DNA of 64,000 bases. Source: a bacterium (GTDB lineage: Bacteria; UBA10199; 2-02-FULL-44-16; JAAZCA01). The stretch spans positions 352,001 through 416,000 of the forward strand of contig CAXXGI010000001.1 of NCBI GenBank assembly GCA_963674695.2. The letters are read 5' to 3'. The translations under genes and the position numbers were made by a program. Position 1 is the stretch's first letter, and the number at the start of each line of letters is the position of its first letter. The notes beneath the pieces are model-generated. The model was not told the origin of the DNA. It saw only the letters and a list, made by a program, of their open reading frames with translations, and searched no databases. Shown piece after piece: positions 30,715-39,560 of the stretch.

Positions 30715-31242
30715 TCACTTTCGAAAGAGTCCTGAGCTTTTGAAGGTGGCATCGGCGTCCTCGTTGACGAGCTTCTTCAACTCGTCGGCTTTCTGTTTCG
30801 GATCGGCCTTCTTTCCCGCCATCGCCGCATCCTGCGCCTTCTCCGCACGCGCCACATGAAACGCACCCATCTCGGCCTCGGAAATATAGCTTCCTTCAAT
30901 CTTATAGCCGATCGGGCCGGAGAGTTCGCGTCCCTCGCCATCGAAGAGCCCCATCTGGTCGAGCGTCTCCCAGCCTCCGAAGAGTCGATCGACCTCCTTC
31001 TGGGCGTCGGCACGCGACAACCCCCCTTGCAGCATCACCGTATCGACCAACACGCTCCAGGGGACGGCGAATCCGCGCCGCTGCGTCTTGCCCTCGATCG
31101 CATCGTGCACGGAAAAAGAGTAGGGAACGGACATCCCCTTGCCCTCCGCAATCTTAAGCGCCGAACCGAAGACGGCATTGGCATCGAGCTTCACCGATTC
31201 CTGTTTGGCCTTCACCCCGCCAATGGGTTTGACGTCTACCAT
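30715..31242 (-). CDS. Hypothetical protein
   Basis: RBS AGGAGG, downstream hairpin terminator. Confidence 0.7.
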   Translation of the reverse strand: MVDVKPIGGVKAKQESVKLDANAVFGSALKIAEGKGMSVPYSFSVHDAIEGKTQRRGFAVPWSVLVDTVMLQGGLSRADAQKEVDRLFGGWETLDQMGLFDGEGRELSGPIGYKIEGSYISEAEMGAFHVARAEKAQDAAMAGKKADPKQKADELKKLVNEDADATFKSSGLFRK

Positions 31243-31263
31243 GACCCCTCCTTTCGGACCCCG

Positions 31264-31464
31264 TTATCGCCGCATCATTGCGCGCGGTCGCTCCACCAGA
31301 AAGTGCATGTGCGTCTCCTGCCCGTCGAGATCGGAGATCATCGGATCGGCCAAAAGCCCCAGATCCTCAAACCCCTCCTCCTCGTGCAGGAGTTCCCACG
31401 CCTTGGTGGAGTGACGATAATTTTCGTAGCGATGTTCCATCTCCTCGTTCCAGATCATGCCCAT
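31264..31464 (-). CDS. Small acidic hypothetical protein (66 aa)
   Basis: RBS AAGGAGG before ATG 31464; sigma54 site upstream. Confidence 0.6.
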   Translation of the reverse strand: MGMIWNEEMEHRYENYRHSTKAWELLHEEEGFEDLGLLADPMISDLDGQETHMHFLVERPRAMMRR

Positions 31465-31501
31465 GGCTTTCCTCCTTTTTCCGACTCCATGCCCAAAATA
31501 G

Positions 31502-31517
31502 TGCAAGGAGCGTGCCG
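31502..31517 (-). promoter_or_regulatory. sigma54 (-24/-12) promoter CGGCACGCTCCTTGCA
   Basis: GG-N10-GC with GGCAC and TTGCA consensus. Confidence 0.7.
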
Positions 31518-31689
31518 AGGAAACAGCCATGGAACCCATTGATTTGATTGTGGTTGAGAAATGAACCGGGTGGAGAAAGAAGCGGATGGCCCCGCGAACG
31601 ATCAAAAAATTGACGATCGCGAGCGGTGAACCCAAGACATCCAATCGGACCCTGAAAGAACAATTTTTGTGAAACGCTCGAATGATCGA

Positions 31690-33699
31690 TCAGGATTTAT
31701 TGCGGGATTGTTTCTGAACGCCTGCCAGGTCGCGTTCGATATCCTGTTTGAGCACATCCTGCCTCTGAAGCGTTTTTTGACTTCCGTCGAGGAGCCGATC
31801 CAATACGCCCAGCGCCGCCCGGTAGAACGCTTCGGCCTGAGGCCATTGGCTCATAAACTTGTGGTATTCTTGTCCCTTCCGATGGAGGGCCTCGGCCAAT
31901 TCCATCGCCTCTATGACCGGCAGCGTCCCCTTCTGATCCCGAAGAGAGGTGGCCATCGCCAACGCCTTTTCCCAATCACTCGTTCGACAGAAATACAGGG
32001 CCACGGGAATACCAAGCGCGGGGTCGAGGATCGCTGCATCGAGCACCTTCAAGGTCAAGAGCGACGAGGCCTGCTCGATCCATCCCGCCTTGATGAGGAC
32101 CGTGACTACGACGGCCACGACCTGCCGCTGCGTCGGGTCGACCGCATTCGACATGCGCTCGCGAAAGTCGGTCACCCAGGACGCAAGAAGCTCCCCCTGA
32201 AACGACCCCTTCTTGATCCCCTGAAAAACGGCTGTGAGATCGGCGACGGCCGCCGCTGTCCGATCCGCCTGCCCCACCTCGTAGGGCAACAGGCGAACGC
32301 GCGGGTCGATGAAATGGTCGACATGCCAGTCGCTCTTCTTCACGCGCCGCTGCATATCGATGATCGCCCGCGCGCGATCGAGACGAACGCCTCGTTCACG
32401 ATCGGTCGCGGATGCAACCTGCGCAACCGCTTCATTGCACGCCTCGGTGTACCAGGCATAGCGGGAGATATGAATATCATCGTGCTTCAAATGTTGCACA
32501 ACCGATGCTTCAAAATCTGCATCAAGCGGAAACCGATACCAAAGACGAACAGCGGCATTTCCGCCACCCTGCGGCAGAAAGTCGCGCCTCACACACAGCA
32601 GCCACAGCCCGAAATCACGCAGCTCAGAAGACCTGTTCCGTCTGAGCTCGTTTATCACAAAACCATCATCTTTGTGGCGAGTCATGATCTTCGCCATACG
32701 CTTGATGCTCTCAAAGCAATGCGGATACCGTTCGACGACACTCCCGAAAAAGGATGCCGCACTCTCCTCAATCTCCTGCACCTTCCTCTCCGCTGAAGAT
32801 GGAGATCTGCGCCCAAACGAGTGGAAGGAAACATGCTGTCTCGCGTTCTCGCGCAACGCATCTCGTATCGACCACGCCTTGTTTATCAGCCATTCGGCCA
32901 GATCGGGATTTTGCCCCAATTCCGGATTATTGAGCAGATTGAAAATCCACTCCACGCCCACCTGCTGCTCCGCACTGGCAATGAATTTCTGCACCGCATC
33001 GGTGTCGGTTGGATCGGCCAACAGGGTGTCACGATAATGCTCGAACAGCTCTTTGGGAGTACCCGTGGTCTCCAACACCTGCACCTTCATCCGTTTTGCA
33101 TCTCGGCTATTCGGCCAAAGACGCGCGAATTCAGCAATCCATCGCCGCTGTCCTTCGGCATCACCCTGCCTTTTAAAATGCTGAATGAGTTTCATCATCA
33201 GCCCATCCGCACGCGAAACCCCCCTCCCGATCGCCTTCCTCACCAGACGCTCGGCCTCGACCGCGTCACCCTTCTCCAAAGCCGCATTCACATCGCGCGT
33301 GAACCGCTTCATGCTGCCGGCCGCATCCTTCCCCTTCTTGACACGGTATGACTTTCTCTTCGCTGCCTGCATCGTCACTTCGGGTATCCTCGATGAACCG
33401 GCGCCACGAACCGCAACATCCACACCCTGCGCCGCGTACATCGAACCGGACGCATCGGAGCGAGGCGCCTCAACCGCCAGGAGGGAGAGATCGAGTCCTT
33501 CCGGAACGCGCGTCAGGTCCGGGCGTGTCGTCCAGACCGGCGGCACGAGCGCCTGAAACTGCTGCCCCAGATCCGCCAGGACCGTCGCGTCCATATCGTC
33601 GAAGCCACCGATTTCCTGGTCCATCTCCAACGAGGTTGCGGTGGCATCGAACGTGCCGATGGGAACAACCGCTCCATTGCCGATAATCCCAACACCCAT
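31690..33699 (-). CDS. Hypothetical helical-repeat (TPR-like) protein
   Basis: 669-aa ORF, RBS GAGGAGG, TPR-like helices. Confidence 0.65.
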   Translation of the reverse strand: MGVGIIGNGAVVPIGTFDATATSLEMDQEIGGFDDMDATVLADLGQQFQALVPPVWTTRPDLTRVPEGLDLSLLAVEAPRSDASGSMYAAQGVDVAVRGAGSSRIPEVTMQAAKRKSYRVKKGKDAAGSMKRFTRDVNAALEKGDAVEAERLVRKAIGRGVSRADGLMMKLIQHFKRQGDAEGQRRWIAEFARLWPNSRDAKRMKVQVLETTGTPKELFEHYRDTLLADPTDTDAVQKFIASAEQQVGVEWIFNLLNNPELGQNPDLAEWLINKAWSIRDALRENARQHVSFHSFGRRSPSSAERKVQEIEESAASFFGSVVERYPHCFESIKRMAKIMTRHKDDGFVINELRRNRSSELRDFGLWLLCVRRDFLPQGGGNAAVRLWYRFPLDADFEASVVQHLKHDDIHISRYAWYTEACNEAVAQVASATDRERGVRLDRARAIIDMQRRVKKSDWHVDHFIDPRVRLLPYEVGQADRTAAAVADLTAVFQGIKKGSFQGELLASWVTDFRERMSNAVDPTQRQVVAVVVTVLIKAGWIEQASSLLTLKVLDAAILDPALGIPVALYFCRTSDWEKALAMATSLRDQKGTLPVIEAMELAEALHRKGQEYHKFMSQWPQAEAFYRAALGVLDRLLDGSQKTLQRQDVLKQDIERDLAGVQKQSRNKS

Positions 33700-33919
33700 G
33701 GAAGTCCTCCTCGAACCTGTTGTCCTCTTCCCGTGAAGGGGATGTTTTTTTCATACCCCTTCCCCAAAAAGCAATAAAATATTATGCGACGCTTTAAAAT
33801 GTCATTTTTTCATCCCCGCCACGCTCCCCTTTTGTGCGGAACTCCGGGCTGATGTTGACAACACCCCGTCTTATCCGCAATATCCCCTAAATTTCACCAT
33901 CGCATGGAAGGATGAACCT

Positions 33920-34639
33920 ATGAACGCACTCGCTCTCATCGGCCTTTTGGCCCAAACCGCAGAAACCGTCGTGGAGACCAACGTCAGCGCTGGTCAGCAG
34001 AGTTTCATGCAGCTCGTCCTGAGCGCCAACATCGTGGTGCAACTGACGCTGCTGCTGCTGGTCTTCTTCTCCGTCGTCTCCTGGGCGATCATCGGCAGCA
34101 AGTATCGCCAGCTCAAGAAGAACAAAAAGCGCTCGAACCGATTCTTCCAGTTCTTCTGGCAGGCCAAATCGGTCGACGCGATCGTCGCTAAGGGCAACTT
34201 TCGCGTCAGCCCCGCCTTCAACATCTTTAAGGTGGGCGTGGATACGGTGCGCGACAATCGGGATCCGCGCGCCGCGCAGGTCGTGGAGAAGGAGATCAAG
34301 CGCGCCACCGAAGACGAGATCGAGCAGATGGAATACGGCATTCCGTTTCTGGCCACGACCGCCAGCGCCTGCCCGTTTTTGGGTCTCTTCGGAACGGTCT
34401 GGGGCGTACTCTTCGCCTTCTGGAAGATCGGGCGCACGGGCACGTCGAGCCTGGCGATCATCGGACCCCATCTGGCCGAGGCGCTTTTGACCACCGCCAT
34501 CGGACTCATCGCCGCCATTCCGGCGATCATCTTCTATAACTATTACGTCACGCGCGTACGTGTGATGTCGAAGGATCTCTCCGATTTCGCCGATGACCTG
34601 AACACACGCATCGATCGCGAATATTTCAGCGCCGTCTGA
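33920..34639 (+). CDS. tolQ: TolQ (MotA/TolQ/ExbB family)
   Basis: FLATTASACPFLGLFGTVWG, AEALLTTAIGL. Confidence 0.92.
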   Translation: MNALALIGLLAQTAETVVETNVSAGQQSFMQLVLSANIVVQLTLLLLVFFSVVSWAIIGSKYRQLKKNKKRSNRFFQFFWQAKSVDAIVAKGNFRVSPAFNIFKVGVDTVRDNRDPRAAQVVEKEIKRATEDEIEQMEYGIPFLATTASACPFLGLFGTVWGVLFAFWKIGRTGTSSLAIIGPHLAEALLTTAIGLIAAIPAIIFYNYYVTRVRVMSKDLSDFADDLNTRIDREYFSAV

Positions 34640-34651
34640 CGAGGAATACCC

Positions 34652-35113
34652 ATGGCCATCACCGTTCGCTCGCACAACTCGCTGCAGTCGATGATCAACG
34701 TGACCCCCTTGGTCGACGTAGCGCTCACCCTTCTCATCGTCTTCATGATGACGGCACCCATGCTGCAACAGGGGCTTCCGGTGAACCTGCCCGAAGCGGC
34801 CGCGCCCGCGCTCAAGCGCAGCAAGGCGGACGTGATCCTGACCGTCCAGTCCGGCGGCAAGATCTTCATCGGCGATGACCAGGAGACCATTCCGCTCGAC
34901 GAACTCGAGGGACGGCTGGGCGCGCTCTATTCAGCCAAGCAGGAGAAGGATCTCTTCGTCAAGGCCGACAGCGAACTGCTCTACGGCACGGTGGTGAAAA
35001 TCATGTCGATCGCGAAACGCGCGGGGGTCGACCGCATCGGCATGATCACCCAGCCGGAATCCGAAGCTCCCCCCACGTCGAACGCAACCCCAGGAACCAC
35101 ATCATCCTCGTGA
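34652..35113 (+). CDS. tolR: TolR (ExbD/TolR family)
   Basis: INVTPLVDVALTLLIVFMMTAP. Confidence 0.92.
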   Translation: MAITVRSHNSLQSMINVTPLVDVALTLLIVFMMTAPMLQQGLPVNLPEAAAPALKRSKADVILTVQSGGKIFIGDDQETIPLDELEGRLGALYSAKQEKDLFVKADSELLYGTVVKIMSIAKRAGVDRIGMITQPESEAPPTSNATPGTTSSS

Positions 35114-35976
35114 GGGCGAAACCGCACGTGAGAATGCTCTCGCACAAAGCGCCCCCGCTCAAGGGGGCCTTCATCATCTCGGCCATCGTCCATGTGGCGA
35201 TGTTTACCACCCTTGTGGCCGCACCGAAGCTGTTGCTCCCGATCAGCGAACGCCCGATGCGCATCGACGTCATGTGGGTGGAACTGCCGCGCGGCACGAG
35301 CGACGATATCGGGCTGGGCATCAAGAAATCGGAAACCCTTCCCCGCAGCACGATCGAGGAACAGAAGAAACTCTTCGAACCGGAAGGTACGGATCAGAAG
35401 GTCTCGCAGAAGATGCTCGAACCGAAGATGAAGGCTCCGCCGGAAAAACCCAAACCGAAGGAAAAGACAAAACGCCCCGAGATCCCCATCTCGAAGAAGA
35501 TGGCGGTGAAGAAGACCAAGCCCCGCCGCCGCAGCGCCATCGATAATGCCCTGGCCAAGATCGATCGGCAACTTTCGCGCCGCGTCGTCCCGGAGGCCGC
35601 GCAGGTCGACAAGAACAACGAGGGATATAAATACGGCACCAGCAACAAACCGCTGCGGGTCAAACCCTCGAACCCGGAATACATCAAATACCAGGCGATG
35701 GTGCGCGCCAAGATCATCCGCCAGTGGATCGTCCCCTCCCGCTTCACCGAGGAGGGGCAGGGCAGTTTCAACGCACGACTCGAAGTGCTCGTGAACACCG
35801 ACGGCGATGTCACCTCGATTCGCTGGGCCTCCCCCTCGGGGAACGCCACCTTCGACCAATCGGCAGTGCGCGCCGTGCGCAAGGCCTCGCCCTTCCCCAA
35901 ACCCCCCGACATCCTCGCCTGGGAGGCCTACAATGAGGGATTCCTCATCGAATTCGATCCGAGACTGAAACGATAG
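35110..35976 (+). CDS. tolA: TolA/TonB-like energy transducer
   Basis: TM with SxxxH, Lys/Pro-rich linker, SGNATFDQSAVRAV domain; position in the operon. Confidence 0.85.
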   Translation: MRAKPHVRMLSHKAPPLKGAFIISAIVHVAMFTTLVAAPKLLLPISERPMRIDVMWVELPRGTSDDIGLGIKKSETLPRSTIEEQKKLFEPEGTDQKVSQKMLEPKMKAPPEKPKPKEKTKRPEIPISKKMAVKKTKPRRRSAIDNALAKIDRQLSRRVVPEAAQVDKNNEGYKYGTSNKPLRVKPSNPEYIKYQAMVRAKIIRQWIVPSRFTEEGQGSFNARLEVLVNTDGDVTSIRWASPSGNATFDQSAVRAVRKASPFPKPPDILAWEAYNEGFLIEFDPRLKR

Positions 35977-36027
35977 GATGTGAAAAAAGGCGTTGAATCG
36001 CGCCCTCGCATATACGATAGTCCGATC

Positions 36028-37302
36028 ATGAAAAAACTTATCATCCTTGTCCTGGCGCTCATCGCCTTCACCGCCACCACCGCTCACGCGCGCATCTACA
36101 TTCCGATCGATCAGCCGGCCGATCAGAAGTTTCCAATTGCCATTCCGGACATCAGCACCGGCATGGGAAAGAAGATCGCCGACATCATTCGCAACGACAT
36201 GACGCTCTCGGGCTATTTCCGCCTGATCCCAATCTCGGCCATCAAGGCCGTCGCCAAAAAAGAGGGAATCACCGCCGAGTCGATGAACTTCTCCTTTTGG
36301 AAGGCGGTCGAAGCGCAGGGCGTGGTCAAGGGCGAGGTCAAACGCAAGAGCGGCAAACTCATGGTCACGCTGCGCCTCTTTGACCCCTATCTCGGCGAAA
36401 TGCTGGTGGGCAAACAGTACAAGGCCGACAAAAAGCATCTGCGCGAAATCGCCCACCGTTTCTCCGACGAGATCATGGAGGCGCTCACCGGTATCCGCGG
36501 CGTCTTCAATACCAAGATCGCTTATTCGGCCGTCACCGGAAAGGGGCGCAAAGAGATCTTCGTCATGGACATGGATGGGTTCAATCCCGCTGCGATCACC
36601 AAGAACAAATCGATCAATATCAGCCCGAGTTGGTCGCCGGACGGCAAACAACTCGTCTTCACGTCCTACATGCGCGGAAACCCCGACCTCTACATCATGA
36701 AGCTGGGCGGACGCGGTTTGCGCAAGATCTCACCGGGGTCGGGCTCGAACATCACGCCGGCCTGGCAGCCGACGGGAAAACTCATCGCGTTCGCCTCATC
36801 GGTAAAGGGCACCTCCAACCTCTATACGATCGCGGCGCGCGGCCGAAAGATGCGCCCGCTCACGCGCAGCTCCACGATCGACATCGCCCCCTCCTGGGCC
36901 CCCGACGGTCAGCAGCTCGTCTTCTCCTCCGAACGCGCGGGAGGACTCCACCTCTTCCGCACCTCCTTGGGCGGCGGGGTCAACCGGCTCACCTATGTAG
37001 GGTATCAGAACGACATGCCGGACTGGTCCCCGATGGGCGACAAGATCGTCTTCGCCGGACGCGACATGGGCGCCTTCGACATCTTCATCATGAACGACGA
37101 CGGCAGCAACATCCAGCGGCTCACGATCGGAGCGGGCAACAACGAACACCCGACCTTCTCGCCGGACGGCCGCTTCGTCACCTTCTCCTCCACGCGCGAA
37201 GGGGCGGCATCGATCTTCATGATGCGCGCAGACGGCTCGAACCAGACGCGCATCTCCAAGGGGAATGGTCTCCTGCCCAGCTGGGGTCCGCAGGTGAAGT
37301 AG
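36028..37302 (+). CDS. tolB: TolB beta-propeller protein
   Basis: Signal peptide, TolB N-domain, PD40 repeats (SPSWSPDG). Confidence 0.93.
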   Translation: MKKLIILVLALIAFTATTAHARIYIPIDQPADQKFPIAIPDISTGMGKKIADIIRNDMTLSGYFRLIPISAIKAVAKKEGITAESMNFSFWKAVEAQGVVKGEVKRKSGKLMVTLRLFDPYLGEMLVGKQYKADKKHLREIAHRFSDEIMEALTGIRGVFNTKIAYSAVTGKGRKEIFVMDMDGFNPAAITKNKSINISPSWSPDGKQLVFTSYMRGNPDLYIMKLGGRGLRKISPGSGSNITPAWQPTGKLIAFASSVKGTSNLYTIAARGRKMRPLTRSSTIDIAPSWAPDGQQLVFSSERAGGLHLFRTSLGGGVNRLTYVGYQNDMPDWSPMGDKIVFAGRDMGAFDIFIMNDDGSNIQRLTIGAGNNEHPTFSPDGRFVTFSSTREGAASIFMMRADGSNQTRISKGNGLLPSWGPQVK

Positions 37303-37346
37303 AAAACTCGTGATATCGTTAATCGTAGTCTCGTAGTATCGTTGAA

Positions 37347-37384
37347 ACGAGACCACGAAACCACGAGACCACGAGACCACGAGA
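37347..37384. repeat. 8-bp tandem repeat ACGAGACC, about 4.7 copies, just before the ppx start
   Basis: Seen directly; degenerate inverted copies at about 37323-37345. Confidence 0.85.
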
Positions 37385-37385
37385 T

Positions 37386-38288
37386 ATGTACGCATCCATC
37401 GACATCGGTACGAATTCGATTTTGCTCCTCATCGGCGAGCCGAATGATGACGGATCGGTGCAGATCCTGGCCGACCGGGCGGATATCACCCGCCTTGGGG
37501 AGAAGGTGGAAAAGACCGGGAAACTCTCGGATGAAGCGATCAACCGAACGCTGGAGACGCTCGGCGGACTCTGGGAACTGTGCCACCGTCACAAGGTGCA
37601 GCGCATCGCCTGTGTCGGCACCGAGGTCCTGCGCCGAGCACAGAATGCAGCCGACTTCGCCTTCGTCGTCAAGCGCACCTACAATATCGACATCGACATC
37701 ATCACGCCCGAGCGTGAAGCCCAACTCACCTTTCTGGGCGCCACCCGCGATTTCGGCGAGGACAACATCGTCTGCGACATCGGCGGGGGTTCGACCGAAA
37801 TCACCCACCGCGATGACGCGGGTGAGCTCAAATCGGTGAGCCTCCCCATCGGATGCGTGACATTGACCGAACGCTTTCTCAAGAGCGATCCCCCGAAGGA
37901 CAAACAGTGCCTCGCGGCGATCGAGGAAATCCAGAAACGGGTGACGGACATTACACCGAACGGGCGAAGGATGATCGTCACCGCCGGAACCGCAACCACG
38001 CTCATGGCCATGCACCTGGGCCTCGAGAAATACGATGCCGCCCGCGTGCACGGCCAGACTCTCACCGAAGAGATGCTCGCCGACCTCTTCGGACAGCTGC
38101 GCGCAGTCTCGCTTCGCCACCGCAAAAAGATCGTCGGGCTCGATCCGAAGCGCGCCGACGTCATCATCGCCGGGGCCATCATCCTGGATGAACTCATGGA
38201 TCGTCTGGGAAAAGACGAGGTCACGGTGAGCGACCGGGGGGTCAAGTGGGGGCTCTTCTATGAGGCGTTCTGTAAGACCGCTCCCTAG
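37386..38288 (+). CDS. ppx: Ppx/GppA phosphatase
   Basis: IDIGTNS, ITRLGE, EREA, DIGGGSTE, RADVIIAG. Confidence 0.93.
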   Translation: MYASIDIGTNSILLLIGEPNDDGSVQILADRADITRLGEKVEKTGKLSDEAINRTLETLGGLWELCHRHKVQRIACVGTEVLRRAQNAADFAFVVKRTYNIDIDIITPEREAQLTFLGATRDFGEDNIVCDIGGGSTEITHRDDAGELKSVSLPIGCVTLTERFLKSDPPKDKQCLAAIEEIQKRVTDITPNGRRMIVTAGTATTLMAMHLGLEKYDAARVHGQTLTEEMLADLFGQLRAVSLRHRKKIVGLDPKRADVIIAGAIILDELMDRLGKDEVTVSDRGVKWGLFYEAFCKTAP

Positions 38289-38310
38289 CGAACCAAGCAG
38301 AAACCAACGC

Positions 38311-39243
38311 CTATCGCCGCTTCCGATAGAACTCGTTCGAATGCACCGCCAGGTGGGGAAAACCATCCGGCCCCGGAAGGACGAGGCGAAACTTTCCGAA
38401 AAGCGCTCGATCCTCAGGCTTCCACTGCGTGCGCCACACTTCGCCCGGAGCCAACTGAACCGCATTCGGAATCGATAACGTTCCTGCCGGCTCCCACTTT
38501 CCCCGGCGGAAGCGTTCAACGGTGATCGCGCTGTCGAAGGAGCGCGGTGCTCGCGTGATGTTCATCACCTCGACGTCGATGACCTCATCAGGGAGATACA
38601 GGTTGCGATCGGTGATCACCTGCCACTTCGCCCCCTTGCGCATCGCCATGAGCAAACGCCCGGGCCGATCCGGGAGATCCCAACGGCGCACATCGCCCGT
38701 GTCGATATGAACGAAATCGAACGCGGGATAGTATCCCACGCCGCCGACCTTGAGCGAACGGGCGTACGAGGAGACGATCTCCTCGGTCACTTCGTCAAGA
38801 TGGATGTCCGCCGCCCGTCCCTCCAGATGCAGGCTCTCCTCGGAGACATTGACGTTCTTCTCCTTGAGTTCCTTGTTGAGCTTTGGGCTGCGGTAACCCG
38901 AGATAAGTTCCACGCAATCGACGGCGAAATGGTCCTGGAGGTGATCGAGCAGTTCGATGAGTTCGATGTCGATCGGATGTTCCTGTTTGTCCGAGCGCGA
39001 GCGAAAGAGGTATTGAATCTCATCGAGTCCCTTTTGGCGATACCGCTTCCCCTTCCGATAATTCACCTCAATCGCCCGATCCTCGTGGTAGTTGTAGAGG
39101 CAGAGTTTTCCGTCTCCCGCCGAAAACGACGTGGAAATCCTCTGCTTCGGAGAAACATTTTTCACCGGTTGTGCCGATACCGCAACGGCAACAAGGAGCG
39201 AAACACCGATGATAAACAGTGAAATAAAACGGTGGCAAAACAT
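38311..39243 (-). CDS. YcbK/DUF882 (peptidase M15) protein with C-terminal Ig-like extension
   Basis: ISGYRSP, SLHLEGRAADI, GGVGYYP, FVHIDTG. Confidence 0.88.
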   Translation of the reverse strand: MFCHRFISLFIIGVSLLVAVAVSAQPVKNVSPKQRISTSFSAGDGKLCLYNYHEDRAIEVNYRKGKRYRQKGLDEIQYLFRSRSDKQEHPIDIELIELLDHLQDHFAVDCVELISGYRSPKLNKELKEKNVNVSEESLHLEGRAADIHLDEVTEEIVSSYARSLKVGGVGYYPAFDFVHIDTGDVRRWDLPDRPGRLLMAMRKGAKWQVITDRNLYLPDEVIDVEVMNITRAPRSFDSAITVERFRRGKWEPAGTLSIPNAVQLAPGEVWRTQWKPEDRALFGKFRLVLPGPDGFPHLAVHSNEFYRKRR

Positions 39244-39251
39244 GACTTCTC

Positions 39252-39359
39252 CTATCCCATGATCCAATAGCAGATATGTCCGGTAAAGAAGGCGGGCGTG
39301 AGCATGATGATGGCCATCACACCGAGCGGATCGCTGATGATCGTCTGGGCTTGTTCCAT
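39252..39359 (-). CDS. Putative 35-aa membrane peptide MEQAQTIISDPLGVMAIIMLTPAFFTGHICYWIMG
   Basis: AAGGAG RBS; its TAG overlaps the RBS of the downstream M15 gene; below the ORF-track cutoff. Confidence 0.45.
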   Translation of the reverse strand: MEQAQTIISDPLGVMAIIMLTPAFFTGHICYWIMG

Positions 39360-39454
39360 GGATGAGCTCCTTGAGAGGGCGATGGACAGCAAGCACCTCA
39401 TCAAGAACCCATTCATGTGGGATTGTCAAATGGTTGGGAACAGCCGAGCGATTT

Positions 39455-39550
39455 TCATTCTGAGCCCTTCGACTCCGCTCAGGGTAAACTCCCGTCGAAG
39501 AATCTCATGAGATCCCTCGACTACGCCCTCCGGGCTTCGCTCGGGATGAC
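39455..39550. repeat. (G)TCAT...ATGAC REP-like palindromic element
   Basis: Shares GAATCTCATGAGATCC core with the 28365-28447 element. Confidence 0.75.
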
Positions 39551-39560
39551 AACGACATAT

